Shown: positions 25,800 to 39,325, counted from the stretch's first letter. The stretch: DNA of 64,000 nucleotides from Octopus sinensis (GCF_006345805.1 NW_021837030.1:1-64000); one strand, 5' to 3'. Notes: a model not told the origin generated them from the letters alone. Made by a program: numbers and translations.

Positions 25800-27760
25800 A
25801 TGAGAAAGTATCTCACGGAGACGGAGACCGACTGTGACACTGCTCGGAAAGCTGCTCCGAGAAGACCCGAGTGAATACCGACAAACGGTGGATGCTGTGA
25901 TGCACTGCAGCAATGCATGTCCACATATTTCTGCTGACCTGATGGGGCGATCTTGGAGCCTTCTTACGCGAGGATTCCACTGTTCGATGTCTGCTTCACA
26001 TGGCAGCAATGCTCAAACACTGTACAAATGCGTGCAAGTACTCTTCGGTCTCTGCGTACATATCAAACAGTCTCACAGGATAGCACTTCAGGGGCTCTAG
26101 AGTTTATCTCGATCGAGTTGTGCCCCTCGGTAGCACTTTCTGAGTTTCTGAGAGGGATCTAAAGTAGTCTCTGACCCGAAAGTTCTCCTCAACTATCAGC
26201 TAGTTTGTCTTCACCGACTGATCGAATCATTGATCTTACCTACCACTAGGTCCCTCTAGATTTATTAAGCGGAACTTCCACTGACCACAATACTCAGATA
26301 GTAGACACAGTGAGCATCTGACGACATTCCAGATTCCAGGTGCCCAGACTCGGTCTTTCTTGATCCAGAAAGTTAAATCCGTCAAAGAGATGACCTCCGG
26401 AAATGAGTACTTTGCTAACGGAGAGCACATCTTCAGAAATCCCGATAGGTATTGTGCGAGCTGGGAGAAGCGTTAGCACGCCGGGCGAAATGCTTTGCGG
26501 TATTTCGTCTGCCGTTACGTTTGAGCTCAAATTCCGCCGAGGTCGTCTTTGCCTTTCATCCTTTTGGGGTCGATGTAATCGACTTAATACCTATGTCTGT
26601 CCTTGTTTGTCCCCTCTATGTTTAGCCCCTTGTGGGTAATAAAGAAATAGGTATTGTGCGTGTCCGTGCATCAACAGCGAGTGCATGCATAGCCAGGTTT
26701 CCAAAGTGTATTGGTAACCAATCCAATTAGTCGAGAATTACTGAGTACGACGGTCGGGCAGTAAATTATGGTGAAGGTGGTATAGGCACTCACCACTCCA
26801 GTTCAACATTTCAGTAAAAGCTTTTTTATCATCCAATTATTGAGTGAAGCAGGTTATCCTGTTCGTTCCTGTTCCTGTTCACCAGGACGTTTGGACAGAA
26901 CAAGACGTCAGTCAAGTACTTCACTACGCTGACCGACAGTATAGATTTGCCTCTCCCAGTGCCCTGCTGCAAGCTCTTTGACTTGTCCAGATTTATCATG
27001 CACCTCCTATGGTTATGTATTGCTTTAGAATGGTGCCAACCACCCCCATTCCTGTGCAATCCAGCACCATCACAGCCATGTCATTCATGCACAGCATCTC
27101 AGATTTAAAAAAGGATGCCTCACAACATAGTTTTAGCTTCCGAAGTAATGTCTCGGAAGCATTCACGTATAGCAAAACCGATAGGGAGACACCTTTAACA
27201 GAACGAGTGCGCAATATGAAACAGTTCCAAAAGTTAGACATTTACACTGACCACAGTGCAAGTGCCACTGTGCATCTACGATCCAAACTCTAAAATGTGC
27301 CAAAATCCGGTCACATTTAGGGCGGCTGCCATATATCAATGGTCAAGTCAATCGAAAGCTTTTTACTGATGAAGGCCCGACACAAAGCTATGTTTGTTTC
27401 TCACCTCATCTACGATGTATCCCACGAGGTGGTAATTGTCATGGATAGATTTATTCGAAATCACATGTTTGCGTTCTCAATCACCGATGCCAAGCACCTT
27501 TACCAAAATCGTACACTCTGCATTTAATAAGGTTGCGAGTTGGACATCATCTTTTAGATTCCACTTGATGTCTTTCCTTAACAGCGTTAATACGCTCTAG
27601 ATCACAGAAGTGATCTGACAGTAGCACAGACGTTTGTCAAGAAGTCACCAAACATCTCTGGCACATAAGCCATCAAAAATGGGTGATTTGTCCCTTGCGA
27701 GGCACTGGACCAAAGATGAAAGTGTTTATTTTCCGACCTTTCAATCTCATTTACCACATA
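25800..27760 (-). mobile_element. Tx1/L1-clade LINE ORF2 (RT plus C-terminal CCHC region), heavily decayed
   Basis: Minus-strand fragments in the expected order: PEMFGDFLTNV, LTLLRKD, TLLNAECTILVKVL, SIHDNYHL..IV, KAFD*LDH, TRSVKGVSLSVLLYV..ETLLRKL, degenerate YADD (CMND), INLDKS..GTGRGK, KCYRGA..RDKL, LHAFVQC. Confidence 0.75.
26456..26650 (+). mobile_element. SINE family B1 inserted in the Tx1 relic
   Basis: 14-bp TSD ataggtattgtgcg at 26445-26458 and 26647-26660. Confidence 0.9.
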
Positions 27761-29384
27761 TCTTTCGTTTCGTTATAGTTATCAAACACATAAACACTGC
27801 ACCCCATATTTGTCTAAAGAACATTGGGGTAATCATTACGATTTTCCCTCACCTTAGGTACAGCCTTGGAAGTGACTGCGTGGTCCCCAAAGATTCTTGT
27901 CACACTAATAGCAATTGTGTTGATTATTTATGAATTTGAGGTCGTTGAACAAAGAACCTTGCCGAACCTAGGCCACTAACACTTATGCTAACCTCTCTGA
28001 GCACAGCTATTATGATCGGAGATAGAAAATGGTGAAGATTCTCGTCTTGGCCCTCAAGAAAACCTCTTCGTCTGGTTTCGTTATAGAATGGGGCGACAAT
28101 ACCGAAGGTCCTTTCTAAAGCATTAGAGTTAGTTTTCTAAAATGCTGAACACCTTTAAGAGTTTATGTGTTTGGGAGACTAATGGAATACATAATGTGGC
28201 TCTGAGTGTTTGAAGAAAGAAGCTCTTCAGTGCCTTCTTCGCTGGAGGTTATGTTTTAACTGCCCCCAATCTCCTCCATTAATTTCAGGTTGCATTTTTT
28301 GAACTAGAGTATAAGTTGAATAATCTTGTTGACTGATTGTGTTAGTGGTTATTTTCATGGTTTTCGTTTCAGTTGTTGTAATTTTAAAGTAGCAGGCTTC
28401 GAAAACGTCTTCTACCTCTTTCAATATGCCAGCTTTCATCATGAGTAGGTAGGGCTGTTTATTCCCGTCTTTCATTTCGCTCTGTCACCGATCTCTTTGG
28501 GTTAAGTTCCCTTCTCGACATCGAAAGCAATGGGGCAGTCTTTTTCAATGAACTTAGTCGATAGCCGGTTCAGTCCTACGTATAACAGTTATTCGACATA
28601 AGCAAAGTCGGCAATGCTCTGGTTTTACTCGAGCGCATGCATAACAGTTTCGTTGTTCTGTCACATCTCAGATAGGACCTGCTTGACGGCACTTCTAGGC
28701 TTGTAGAATTTATGTCGAATTAGCGATGTCCCCCGGTAGCACTGTCTGACCAAGAATTTCTGGAAGTTATCGACAGGCCCCGACACGAAAGTTTTTCGGA
28801 ACAGACCAGTTAGTTGGTTTACATCGACACCTAGAATTTCTCCCATACCTATTCACTGTCAAGGAATTACTAGAGATGATACATCTTCGGAGCATGTCTG
28901 CACATCATCCACCACTGCATACCAAGTCCTCCACTAATTGAAGAGGGGTGACTGCAAATGGATCGCCTGAGCAGGGAAATGAGTCTCTTCCACAGAAAAC
29001 GAAAGACACTCGCAGACAACTAAGCATGAATTGGAACACGGCCCGACGGTCAGGTGAGAATAAATTGCTGAGGTGATGTAAGGGGTTCACCACCTCGAAA
29101 CAGCCTTTCAGAAATAGCTTTCGGATCATTTCTGGATGGGATAGATCACTCTGCTTCTCACCTCACCACAGTTCTCTACTTGGAGAGTTAGTCCAAACCG
29201 AGCAATTCAATCATCCGCTTCTCTAGTACCCTACGATGCCGTTGGATGGCATGGAGCACACATTCTCGGTGCCACTGGATATTCTTGGTTACTTACTACC
29301 GTTTCGTACTTCCATTACTTTGATATGCTTGTGTCCGATGTGTTGATATGCTTGTGTCACTCTGTCTGTCTCTCTGTATGTCTG

Positions 29385-29420
29385 AATTGCTGCTGTTGTT
29401 GTTGCTGTTGTTGTTGTTGG

Positions 29421-29451
<31 letters not shown>

Positions 29452-29565
29452 GCTGGTGCTGGTGCTGGTGGTGGTGGTGGTGCTGGTGCTGGTGGTGGTG
29501 CTGGTCGTGCTGGTCGTGCTGGTCGTCGTGGTCCTGGTGCTGGTGGTACTAGTGGTGGTCTGAGC
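29385..29565. repeat. (GTT/GGT/GCT)n microsatellite
   Basis: Direct inspection. Confidence 0.9.
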
Positions 29566-30028
29566 ATGCTAGCACGGCTTTTTCGCATTCCGGTTCGGTC
29601 GCCTTGTCCTTCAATGTGTCTTGCTTCTGCAATACAGACCCAACAGTCAATAAATACAGAAGAAAGGCGAGATCGCGACCTTGGCAGACCAAGTGCATGA
29701 GGTCACGGTGATCTTACCACGGAAGATGGAACCAAATCCGGCTGTCGGCCACTGTCAGAAGTAAAGCTCGTAGGGCAGGCCATCGAAATCAGACGGTTTT
29801 AACCACCTTGCAGCCAACCATCGCTTTCTGTATTTCTGCAACTGTTTATAAACTTTTTGCAATACTGAGCCTCTCTCAGCAAGAGTCGCAGCAGGCCAAT
29901 GAAGAAGGCACTGAAGTCCATTCGATAACCCGGTTCACCATCGTCGCAAATAGTAGATCCAGGTGCTACTGAAAAGCTGCATACATCTCCCCAGGTTCGA
30001 GTAACACGTGCCCATTCTGGTCCGTCGA

Positions 30029-30245
30029 GGCGGCGAGCTGGCAGACTCGTTAGCACGCCGGGCGAAATGCGTAGCCGTATTTCGTCTGCCGTTATGTTCT
30101 GAGTTCAAATTCCGCCGAGGTCGACTTTGCCTTTCATCCTTTCAGGGTCGATAAATTAAGTACCAATTACGCCCTGGGGTCGATGTAATCGACATAATCC
30201 GTTTGTCCTCTCTGTGTTTAGCCCCTTGTGGGCAGTAGTGAAATA
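30029..30245 (+). mobile_element. SINE family B1, full length, inserted in the Tx1 relic
   Basis: Perfect 16-bp TSD cattctggtccgtcga at 30013-30028 and 30246-30261. Confidence 0.95.
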
Positions 30246-30341
30246 CATTCTGGTCCGTCGAAAACAGAATTGTGGCTTTGTTGCCGCGTTACGCCCACCG
30301 GCCGACTTTTGTCCTTTCGTGTCTCAAAGCACGCGCCTTAG

Positions 30342-30750
30342 CAATCAGGACTCACGCCATTATACACAAAGAATAACCTTTAATTCGAGCCCACTCTAAG
30401 CTACTAAGAATACGTGTAGCAACTTGAAGATCCACTCACCATACGCGATAAACTGGCGGTTGCACGGCCGCGAAAGGTACGTTGTTATCCTCATTCCGTA
30501 AACGGTGGCTTTTAACGGGTGGAGAGCTGAACCATCTTAGACTAGGTTTACCACACCATAGTGGGTTCCTCTGCTTTGTGGAAGAAGTAGGAAGAAAGAG
30601 TGAGAGAAAGTTGTGGTGTAAGAGTACAGCGGGTTTCCCCCCTCCCCTCGTGTTTTTACCCAATAAACACTCACACTGCTCGGTCTGGAAATCGAAACCG
30701 CGTTCTTACGACCGCGAGTCCGCTGCCCTAACCACTGGGCCATTGCGCCT
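30342..30750 (-). mobile_element. SINE family C head with tail C2, copy 2
   Basis: Reverse complement of 17528-18001 with small indels; same end point (tgattg). Confidence 0.85.
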
Positions 30751-31570
30751 TCACTGCTGTTGTTGTTGTTGGTGGTGGTGGTGGTGGTAGTGCTGGTGGT
30801 GCTGGTGGTGCTGATGTTGGTGGTTCTGATGTTGGTGGTGGTGCTGTTGCTGGTGCTGGTGGTGGCGCTGCTGCTGGTGCTGGTGATAGTGACGGCAATG
30901 GTGGTGGCGCTAGTGGGATTGTGAGGTGGCAGTTGTCGCGATTGTGGTGTTAGTGTGCTGTAGTTGAGGGATTTTTGCTTCTCTTAAATATTACATATAT
31001 ATATATATATATATATATATTATTTCGTTATCATATTATTATGTTTTAACATACGTTGTATTGTATTACACCTACACTATATAAACTGGTTCATTGGGAG
31101 AATAGATACCTTACGCTATTTATTCAAGCACCTTCATCTTCTGAGTTCCAATCCCACATAGCGAGTCCACTTAGCTCTGGTGTCAATAAAGCGAAATACA
31201 AGCCAAGTTCAGAGGTCGACTTAATCGACTTTTCCCCTCTCCCTGTTTCTGACCTTGATCTCCCGTTAAATGCAGCACGCACCAGAATATTTTACGTAGT
31301 GTCAAATTACTTTATATCATATTAAATCATATTATTTTGTATCGTATTGCTATTTTATGTTTATACGTTATTGTATTATGTTATAATGTATCTAATATAT
31401 TATGCTATACTTTATATCAAATTTTATATTATGTCATCTCAAAAATTATTACGTCATATATGTTATAATATTGTATCTCATTGTACTATATTGCGTAATA
31501 CTATATTATGCTATAACAGCCTATATTGTATTGTGATATATTAAATGGCGTTATATTATAGCACACACAC

Positions 31571-31603
<33 letters not shown>

Positions 31604-31700
31604 TATATCTATATATATATATACATATATATATTATATGAAATTCTTATCATTATATAGTATTTTATGTAGTAAGTATATGCGTGTGTGAATGTATACG

Positions 31701-31884
31701 CTTTACTCTTTTACTCTTTTACTGGTTTAAGTCATTTGATTGCGGCCATGCTGGAGCACCGCCTTTAGTCGAGCAAATCGACCCCAGGGATTATTCTTTG
31801 GAAACCTAGTACTTATTACATCGGTCTCTTTTGCCGAACCGCTAAGTTACGGGGACGTAAACACACCAGCATCGGTTGCCAAGC
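31701..31884 (-). mobile_element. SINE family A, 3' half
   Basis: tactcttttact..gcggccatgctggagcaccgcc..gaaccgctaagttacggggacg. Confidence 0.9.
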
Positions 31885-31887
31885 ACT

Positions 31888-32945
31888 GAGTTACGTAATG
31901 CCTACCTCACTACAGGGTCGAATGTTAAAGAAATTCTACACTGGACATCCAGGAATTTCTAGGATGAAGTCGCTTATGAGGAGTTATGTTTACTGGCCAA
32001 AAAAAGATCTAGATATTGAGAAGTTGGTAAAATCTTGCAGAGGTTGTGTTCTTGCAGTGAACTCACCACCTACAAAATTTCAACCTGGGCCCAAGACCAT
32101 TCCATGGTCCAGGCTACACATAGACTTCGCAGGACCGTTAAACCGATCATATCATCTATTAGTGGTTAGGTAGATTTTCAAAATGGCCAGAAATGTATAC
32201 ATGCAGAAAACCAACATCCACGGTAACAGTGGAATTTCTACGCGAACTTTTTGCTAGGTATGGTGTCCCGGTTACCATAGTCACGGATAACAGTACACAA
32301 TTCACGGCGAATGAATTTAAGAATTTTTGCAAGATGTACACAATTAAACATATCACTACTCCTCCGTATCACCCAAGATCAAACGGGCTAGTGGAAAGAT
32401 TCGTGGATACATTTAAAATAGCATGAAAGAAATCAAGAAACGAGCTAGTTGATAATGCTACATTGACTCAATTTTTGAGGGTTTATAGGATAATACCAAA
32501 CTCAAACACTTTTTCGTGCAAGGCATCTACGGAACTAATGTTTGCTCGAAAAATATAGTCAATTTTTTCGACAAGCTGTTACCAGAAAGAAAAACAAATA
32601 GGTAAAACTAAATGTACGACAAAGCATTTAAATATCGGTGACAAGGTGTTTTTCAAAATATATAAAAATGGAAGACAAGTCTGGAAAGACAGAGTAGTAA
32701 CAAAAAGCGTAGGTAAATGACATATATGGTAAGATGCTAAAAATGGGAATACAAAAGACATTTAAACCAGCTAAAAAATAGATATACCGAAAAAAAATAA
32801 TAAATACCCATGGAAGTGTTGTACGACACTTTTGATGTTCACACGCCACAAGAAATCGAACTTTCGAACCTAGTCGTAGCAACACAAGAAAGAGGAAACA
32901 AACAGGACGGTTGGAAGTAGCGCCTAAACGGAAGAAATATTAAAC
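31888..32945 (+). mobile_element. Gypsy LTR-retrotransposon integrase, decayed
   Basis: ORFs 31898-32173 and 32193-32426 give a zinc-finger remnant (GHPGISRMK..YVYWP..CRGC) and the DDE core (WSRLHIDFAGP, IVTDNSTQF, YHPRSNGLVERFVDTFK). Frameshifts present. Confidence 0.9.
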
Positions 32946-33043
32946 TTCCCTTGGAGGAGAATCTCAATAAGGGAGATGCGATAAAAGAAAAAAAAATAAA
33001 TAAAATATTAACTTCAAACGGAAGTCAATCGCAAAGGAGGAGA

Positions 33044-33758
33044 TGTATTGGCGAGCGCCATTAAGACTCCTGGGGGATTGGAAGAATGGACTAGCCGATA
33101 TCTATATATATAAAACTATAGTTGTGTGAGTGTCTGTCCCCTTCGATTTAGATTCCTAACTACTCCCACATTTTGCGGTGCAGTTTAACCAAGTTCGGGT
33201 ATCTTATAGTCGTGATTTATATCGAGCCCGTCTGGGTATTAGCGCGCGTCTACGATGAGTCTACGATTTTAAAAATAATTTAACATCATTTTTTATTCCA
33301 TTTTAATGCATAATTTTTCGTGTGTCGATGGCGGCGGAGTTGGCGTCCACGCTCACATCTGCACCTGTTTGCTTCTCCCCCTTCTTCCCTCCCTCGTGAA
33401 GCTGTGGGGAAGGGAGTGTAAGGAAATCAACGTCGTAAAGCGTTGTCAAGGAGACCAGCGTTCTTTTAGAACAACGACTTCATGGCTTGAAGACACCAAA
33501 ACAGAAATGGCTAAGAAAGCCCGAATTGGCATCTATAAGGGAAGTAACTCTCTAAAAATGCTTATATAGTTATTTCCCTTACAACGCCGGGCGATACTGC
33601 TAGTCTCTTATAAAGAGTAGCGTATTGGTTGAGACAAGAGGTCGATAGGAGTCGTTGAGAGGACGTTTTGGAGTTTTGCGATGTACTCGTGTGAACACAT
33701 TAATTTTTACCTCTGCATCGTTAAATTATATATCCACTGTTTGTCATGGATAAAAACA
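33044..33758 (+). mobile_element. Probable 3' LTR of the Gypsy element (~210 bp, split by a Helitron-like insert)
   Basis: Polypurine tract aaaggaggaga (33033-33043) followed by TGT; tataaa just after the insert; candidate end ..aaaaaCA at 33758. Confidence 0.45.
33100..33604 (-). mobile_element. Non-autonomous Helitron/Helentron-like element, copy 2
   Basis: Both ends match 3320-3715 in reverse (..gccgggcgatactgctagt; atctatatatataaaac..gatttagattcctaactactcccacattttgcggtgcagtttaacc). Confidence 0.7.
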
Positions 33759-33808
33759 AGTATGTATCTATGTATGCATGTTGGTAATGTATGAATATAT
33801 ACATGCAT

Positions 33809-34270
33809 ATAGGCGCAGGAGTGGCATAAGCGCAGGAGTGGCATAGGCGCAGGAGTGGCTGTGTGGTAAGTAGCTTGCTAACCAACCACATGGTTCCGGG
33901 TTCAGTCCCACTGCGTGGCATCTTGGGCAAGTGTCTTCTGCTATAGCCCCGGGCCGACCAATGCCTTGTGAGTGGATTTGGTAGACGGAAACTGAAAGAA
34001 GCCTGTCGTATATATGTGTATATATATATATATGTATGTGTGTGTGTTTGTGTGTCTGTGTTTGTACCCCTAGCATTGCTTGACAACCGATGCTGGTGTG
34101 CTTATGTCCCCGTCACCTAGCGGTTCGGCAAAAAGAGACCGATAGAATAAGTACTGGGCTTACAAAGAATAAGTCCCGGGGTCGATTTGCTCGACTAAAG
34201 GCGGTGCTCCAGCATGGCCGCAGTCAAATGACTGAAACAAGTAAAAGAGTAAAGAGTAAAGAGTAAAGAG
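33809..34270 (+). mobile_element. SINE family A, full length, with a triplicated 17-bp 5' end
   Basis: (ata[g/a]gcgcaggagtggc)x3 followed by the consensus body. Confidence 0.95.
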
Positions 34271-35613
34271 CATGTATGTATGTATCTATATATATATCTA
34301 TGCATGATGTAATGTATGTATATATGGTGGAAGTCCGTGCAAACGTTTCGGGAGTCCAATGAGTTCCTGTGCGTGAATTTGGTTTCAGTGAATAAAGAGT
34401 TGCACAACACTGAAACCACTTTTCAGCTCAATAAGCTATAAAGCCAGTGACACTAAATATGTGCAGACCACCAGAGACCAATTGCCCTGCAGGTGTTTCT
34501 ATACAAATTTATCTTCTCCAAGAAGGAAGTTTTAACGAAAACTAGGGGTCCTTCACTCCCAGTAGTTCACATGCTAATTGAATGAGACCCTATTGACGAG
34601 ACCCTAACAGGTGCTACTGCTCAGTATCAAAGTAGACGGGAACAGTAGTGGATAAGAGATGGATCCACACTCCTCAAAACCATAGAACTACTCTTGTTAC
34701 GGTCATTTCTACAGATTTTCTATACAAATCATAGCGGGCAGTGATTTTTGTTACGACGTTTCATATCCAATATGCTATACGTAAACAAACAATGAGATCG
34801 AAAATGAAAGATGGGTAATGAGTATATGTGCCATATTGCGGGAGTTTTTGCCCCTTCATCAGTATCTATCTGAAAGAAAGAAAGAAAGAAAGAGATGTCT
34901 ATGTGTTTGTAATATAGGGGCAGGTAATTCGGTAGATTGAACAGCTGAATCCTTATCGTCGCAACCGACGGAAAACCAATCATCCATGTAAATATGTCTG
35001 TACGCGGGTCCCAGTGTGTGTGTGTGTGTGTTTGTTGTCTGTTTGTGTGTGCGTATATGTGTGTCAATTGTTTTAATCATGAGCCTATTTGGTTCGATTT
35101 ATTATATTTATCTATTTATTCTGTAATTTCACTCTTTATTATCTTCAGCAATTGTTTCTTTACGCACACACACATACACACACACACACTCGCTCTCTCT
35201 CTATCTCTATCTCTCTCTCTCTCTTTGTATCTTCTATCTTCACCCACCACCCCTTCTCTCTCTGCCTTTTACTCCTCTATATTTCTCTCTTACTTTCTCT
35301 TTTTTTCTTCACCATTCCTCTCTAGTTTCTTTCCCTTACCATCTTCCATTCTCTTCTTCACACCATTTTTATACCACGTTAATGCCTTCTCTTTCTCTCT
35401 CTCTCTCTTTCAATTCATCTATCTATCTATCTATCTCTCGCTCTCTTCCTCTTTTTCTGTCTCTCCTTTTCTCTTTTTCTCTCGCTCTCAATATGTATTT
35501 CTACAAAAGTTTTCTTGTGTTTTACTTGTTTTTATCAGCAAAATTTATCTCAATGTCTCCCATGCTTATTATTTAATTTATTTTTCATACACACAAACAC
35601 CCACATAGATAGC

Positions 35614-35701
<88 letters not shown>

Positions 35702-35809
35702 CATATTTCTTTTGTGTATATGTCTCAATTATAATTTTGTATTTGCAATTATTTGTATATATAGATATATATATATATGTGTATATATATAAACATATAT
35801 ATATATATA

Positions 35810-35881
<72 letters not shown>

Positions 35882-35908
35882 ATATATATATATATACGTA
35901 TGTGTCTA

Positions 35909-35983
<75 letters not shown>

Positions 35984-36044
35984 ATATACACGTTTACTTT
36001 CTGTATGCGTGTCTGAGATTATAGACGTTTATGAAACTCAGTGT

Positions 36045-36089
<45 letters not shown>

Positions 36090-36189
36090 ACTCGCATGCA
36101 TGTGTAAATATGTATCTGTACGTGCGTATGTGCCTAAGCCTATGTTTGTAATGAACGAATCACTGCAGGTATGTTTTTGCCTATTTGTA

Positions 36190-36253
<64 letters not shown>

Positions 36254-36865
36254 ATGTATATTTTTATATGCGTCTATATGGAATGCATGTATAAATCTTA
36301 ACGCGTGGGTGTTTATCTGTATGTATGCATATAAGTGTGCATAACTATATATATATATATAAATATATATATGTATGTATATATTTAAGTACGAGGGTCT
36401 CTCTGAATGCATGTGGGTATGTTAGTGTATATCCATGTATGTCTCTATGTTTCTATGTCTCTATGTATAAGTATCAATATGTATTTCTGTACGACAGAGT
36501 GTGATTATGTCTGTTAATAAATCTAAGTGCGTGGGTGTATGTCGATGTGTTTGGGGAGGGAGGGAGGGAGGGAGAGAATGACGACGGGGGTGGGGGTTAA
36601 TGTCTGTCTGTTTGTCTGTGTCACCGTATAAGCACTAGAAGTTAACAGACGAGAGATCAATTTTTTGTGTGTGTTTGTTTCTTTATCTGTTTGTTTGGTT
36701 CTTTCTTTCTTTCTTTCTTTCTTTCCTTACTCCCATATCTTCGTAAATCATCCGAAGGATGCGCCGCAAATTGTGCCCTAGCGCCACACCACACACGAAC
36801 CTACGCAACACACAGACACACACACACATACTGGTTCACACATATAAACAGGCGTATATATATAT

Positions 36866-36946
<81 letters not shown>

Positions 36947-37139
36947 ACGCATATAATTACATTCATACACACTAACAAACACGCTTAAATACACACACAC
37001 ACACACAACACACACACCCACACACACACACACCATGCAAACACCAACCATGCCATTCCAAATAAGCCTGAAATTCCCCTGAGAGAGAAACACTAGAGGC
37101 AGGAATGTAAGAGGGGAGATTGGGGGAGAGAAAGCCAAT

Positions 37140-37144
37140 AATAG

Positions 37145-37183
<39 letters not shown>

Positions 37184-37254
37184 CGACGACGATGATAATG
37201 ACGACGAGAATTAGGAGGAGGAGGAAGATGAAGAAGCTGGTAGTGATGATGATA

Positions 37255-37298
<44 letters not shown>

Positions 37299-37383
37299 AA
37301 TGACGATGACGACGATGATAATGACGACGAGAATGATGATGTGGAGGGAGATGAAGAAGCTGGTAGTGATGATGATGATGATG

Positions 37384-37423
<40 letters not shown>

Positions 37424-37486
37424 TGATGATGATGATGATGGTGGTGGTTGTGGTAGTGGTGATAAAGATGGTGATGATGATGATGG

Positions 37487-37581
<95 letters not shown>

Positions 37582-37659
37582 ATCATGATGGTGATCATGA
37601 CGTTGATGATGAGGGAGATGAAGATGCTGGTAGTGATGATGATGATGACGATGATGATG

Positions 37660-37693
<34 letters not shown>

Positions 37694-37770
37694 TAATGAT
37701 GATGATGATGATGGTGATAGTGGTGGTGATGATGACGATGATGATGATAATAATGTTGATAATAATACTA
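37140..37770. repeat. Compound (GAT/AAT/GGT/GAC)n repeat with higher-order units
   Basis: The motif gatgaaga(a/t)gctggtagtgatgat recurs three times. Confidence 0.9.
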
Positions 37771-38128
37771 ATCATCGACAAACAGGTGAATTGAATGGGT
37801 GAGTAGCGTCGACTTAATGTTGTTTCTGCTGTCGTTATGAAAGACGTGTGCCAGTGATTACTTTGTCAGCATGGAGTGTGTTTGGCATGGGTGGGCAGGC
37901 GTGTGTCAGCGTCAATGTATGCGTGTGTTTGTGTGTGTTTGGAGTGGTAGTGTGGGTGTACGTGTACGTGTGTATGAAAGTTTTGGGTGTGTGTAAGAGT
38001 GTGCGAATATGTGTATGTGTGTGTGTCTTAAGAATATGTCTCTGATGTGTATGTATGTTTGTATGCGTGTATTTGTATGTTTGGAATGGTAATGTGTGTG
38101 TACGTGTATGTGCGTATGAGAGTCTTTG

Positions 38129-38160
<32 letters not shown>

Positions 38161-39109
38161 GTGTATGTGTGTATGTGCGTCTGAAGAATATGTCTCTGAT
38201 GTGTCTGTATGTATGTATGTATTAAGTGTATTTGCTGTGTGTATCTGCATAAATTTGTGTGTATGTGTCTTGCGTGTCTTTCAAGTTTGTGTGTGTGTAT
38301 GTGTGTCTTACGAATATGTCTCTGATGTGTATGTATGTGTATGTTATGTGTATTTGCTGTGTGTATCTGTATGATTTTGTGTGTATGTGTCTTGCGTGTC
38401 TTTCAAGTTTGTGTGTATGTGTATGTGTGTCTGTCTTTGTGTTTGGTGTATGTGTGCGCGTGTGGAGTGTGTGAGTGTGGTGTTTGTGCGTGTTTGTATG
38501 TATGTATGTGTGTGTGTATATGTGTATGTATGTGTGGATATGTTTTGCATTATGAAGTAGAGTCCTTTAAAAATATGGGTGTGTATGATTAGAGAGAAAG
38601 GGAGAGAGGGAGAGAAAGAAAGAGAGAGAGGGAAAGAGAGATAGAGATAGACAGAGAGAGAGAGAGAGAGAGAGGGGGCAGAGTTAGACAGAATTGAACA
38701 GGGATAAAAGTGCACAGAAACAAAGAGAGCAGGAAGAAGTAATGGGAGAGAGAGAGAGAGAATGAAAGAAAGAACGAAATAAAGAGAGAGAGAGAGGGAG
38801 AGACAAAGTCTGTTGTGTTAATTTGTATGTTTGTATTTCTACATGTTTGTTAGTGTGTCTGTAATATGTAATGTATGCATGATGGCTGTGAAGACAAGAG
38901 AGAAACAAGGAAACGGAAGAGAGAGAAAGATAAAGAGAAAGTGAAAGTAGAGAGTGGGTTGAGGGTGTGTGAACGTACATGCAATGTCAAGACATGATAT
39001 TAACGAGTAAATGCTTTGTCTGACGAACAGATCTACAACTGTACAGACAGTTATGTGAAATATGTTTAATGTAAAATGTTAGTAATTATTAGCTGGTTAA
39101 ATGAGATAT

Positions 39110-39131
39110 ATAGATAGATAGATAGATATAG

Positions 39132-39206
<75 letters not shown>

Positions 39207-39232
39207 GATAGATAGATAGATAGATAGATAGG

Positions 39233-39323
<91 letters not shown>

Positions 39324-39325
39324 GA
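39110..39325. repeat. (GATA)n microsatellite
   Basis: Direct inspection. Confidence 0.95.

Larger units (their letters stand above)
28490..30341 (-). mobile_element. Second Tx1/L1-clade ORF2 relic, internally deleted
   Basis: KARALRHE..RGNKATI..DQNGHVLLEPGEM, then ITVAEIQKAM..DGLPYELY, QG..LAFLLYLLT, RQCYRG, NETVMHAL. Nucleotide similarity to 26110-26250 is visible at 28717-28850. Split by a microsatellite and a SINE. Confidence 0.75.

Noticed and set aside
28227-28475. 82-aa minus-strand ORF with faint RT-like residues
   Set aside because: Similarity is too weak to assign by eye; possibly another LINE scrap.
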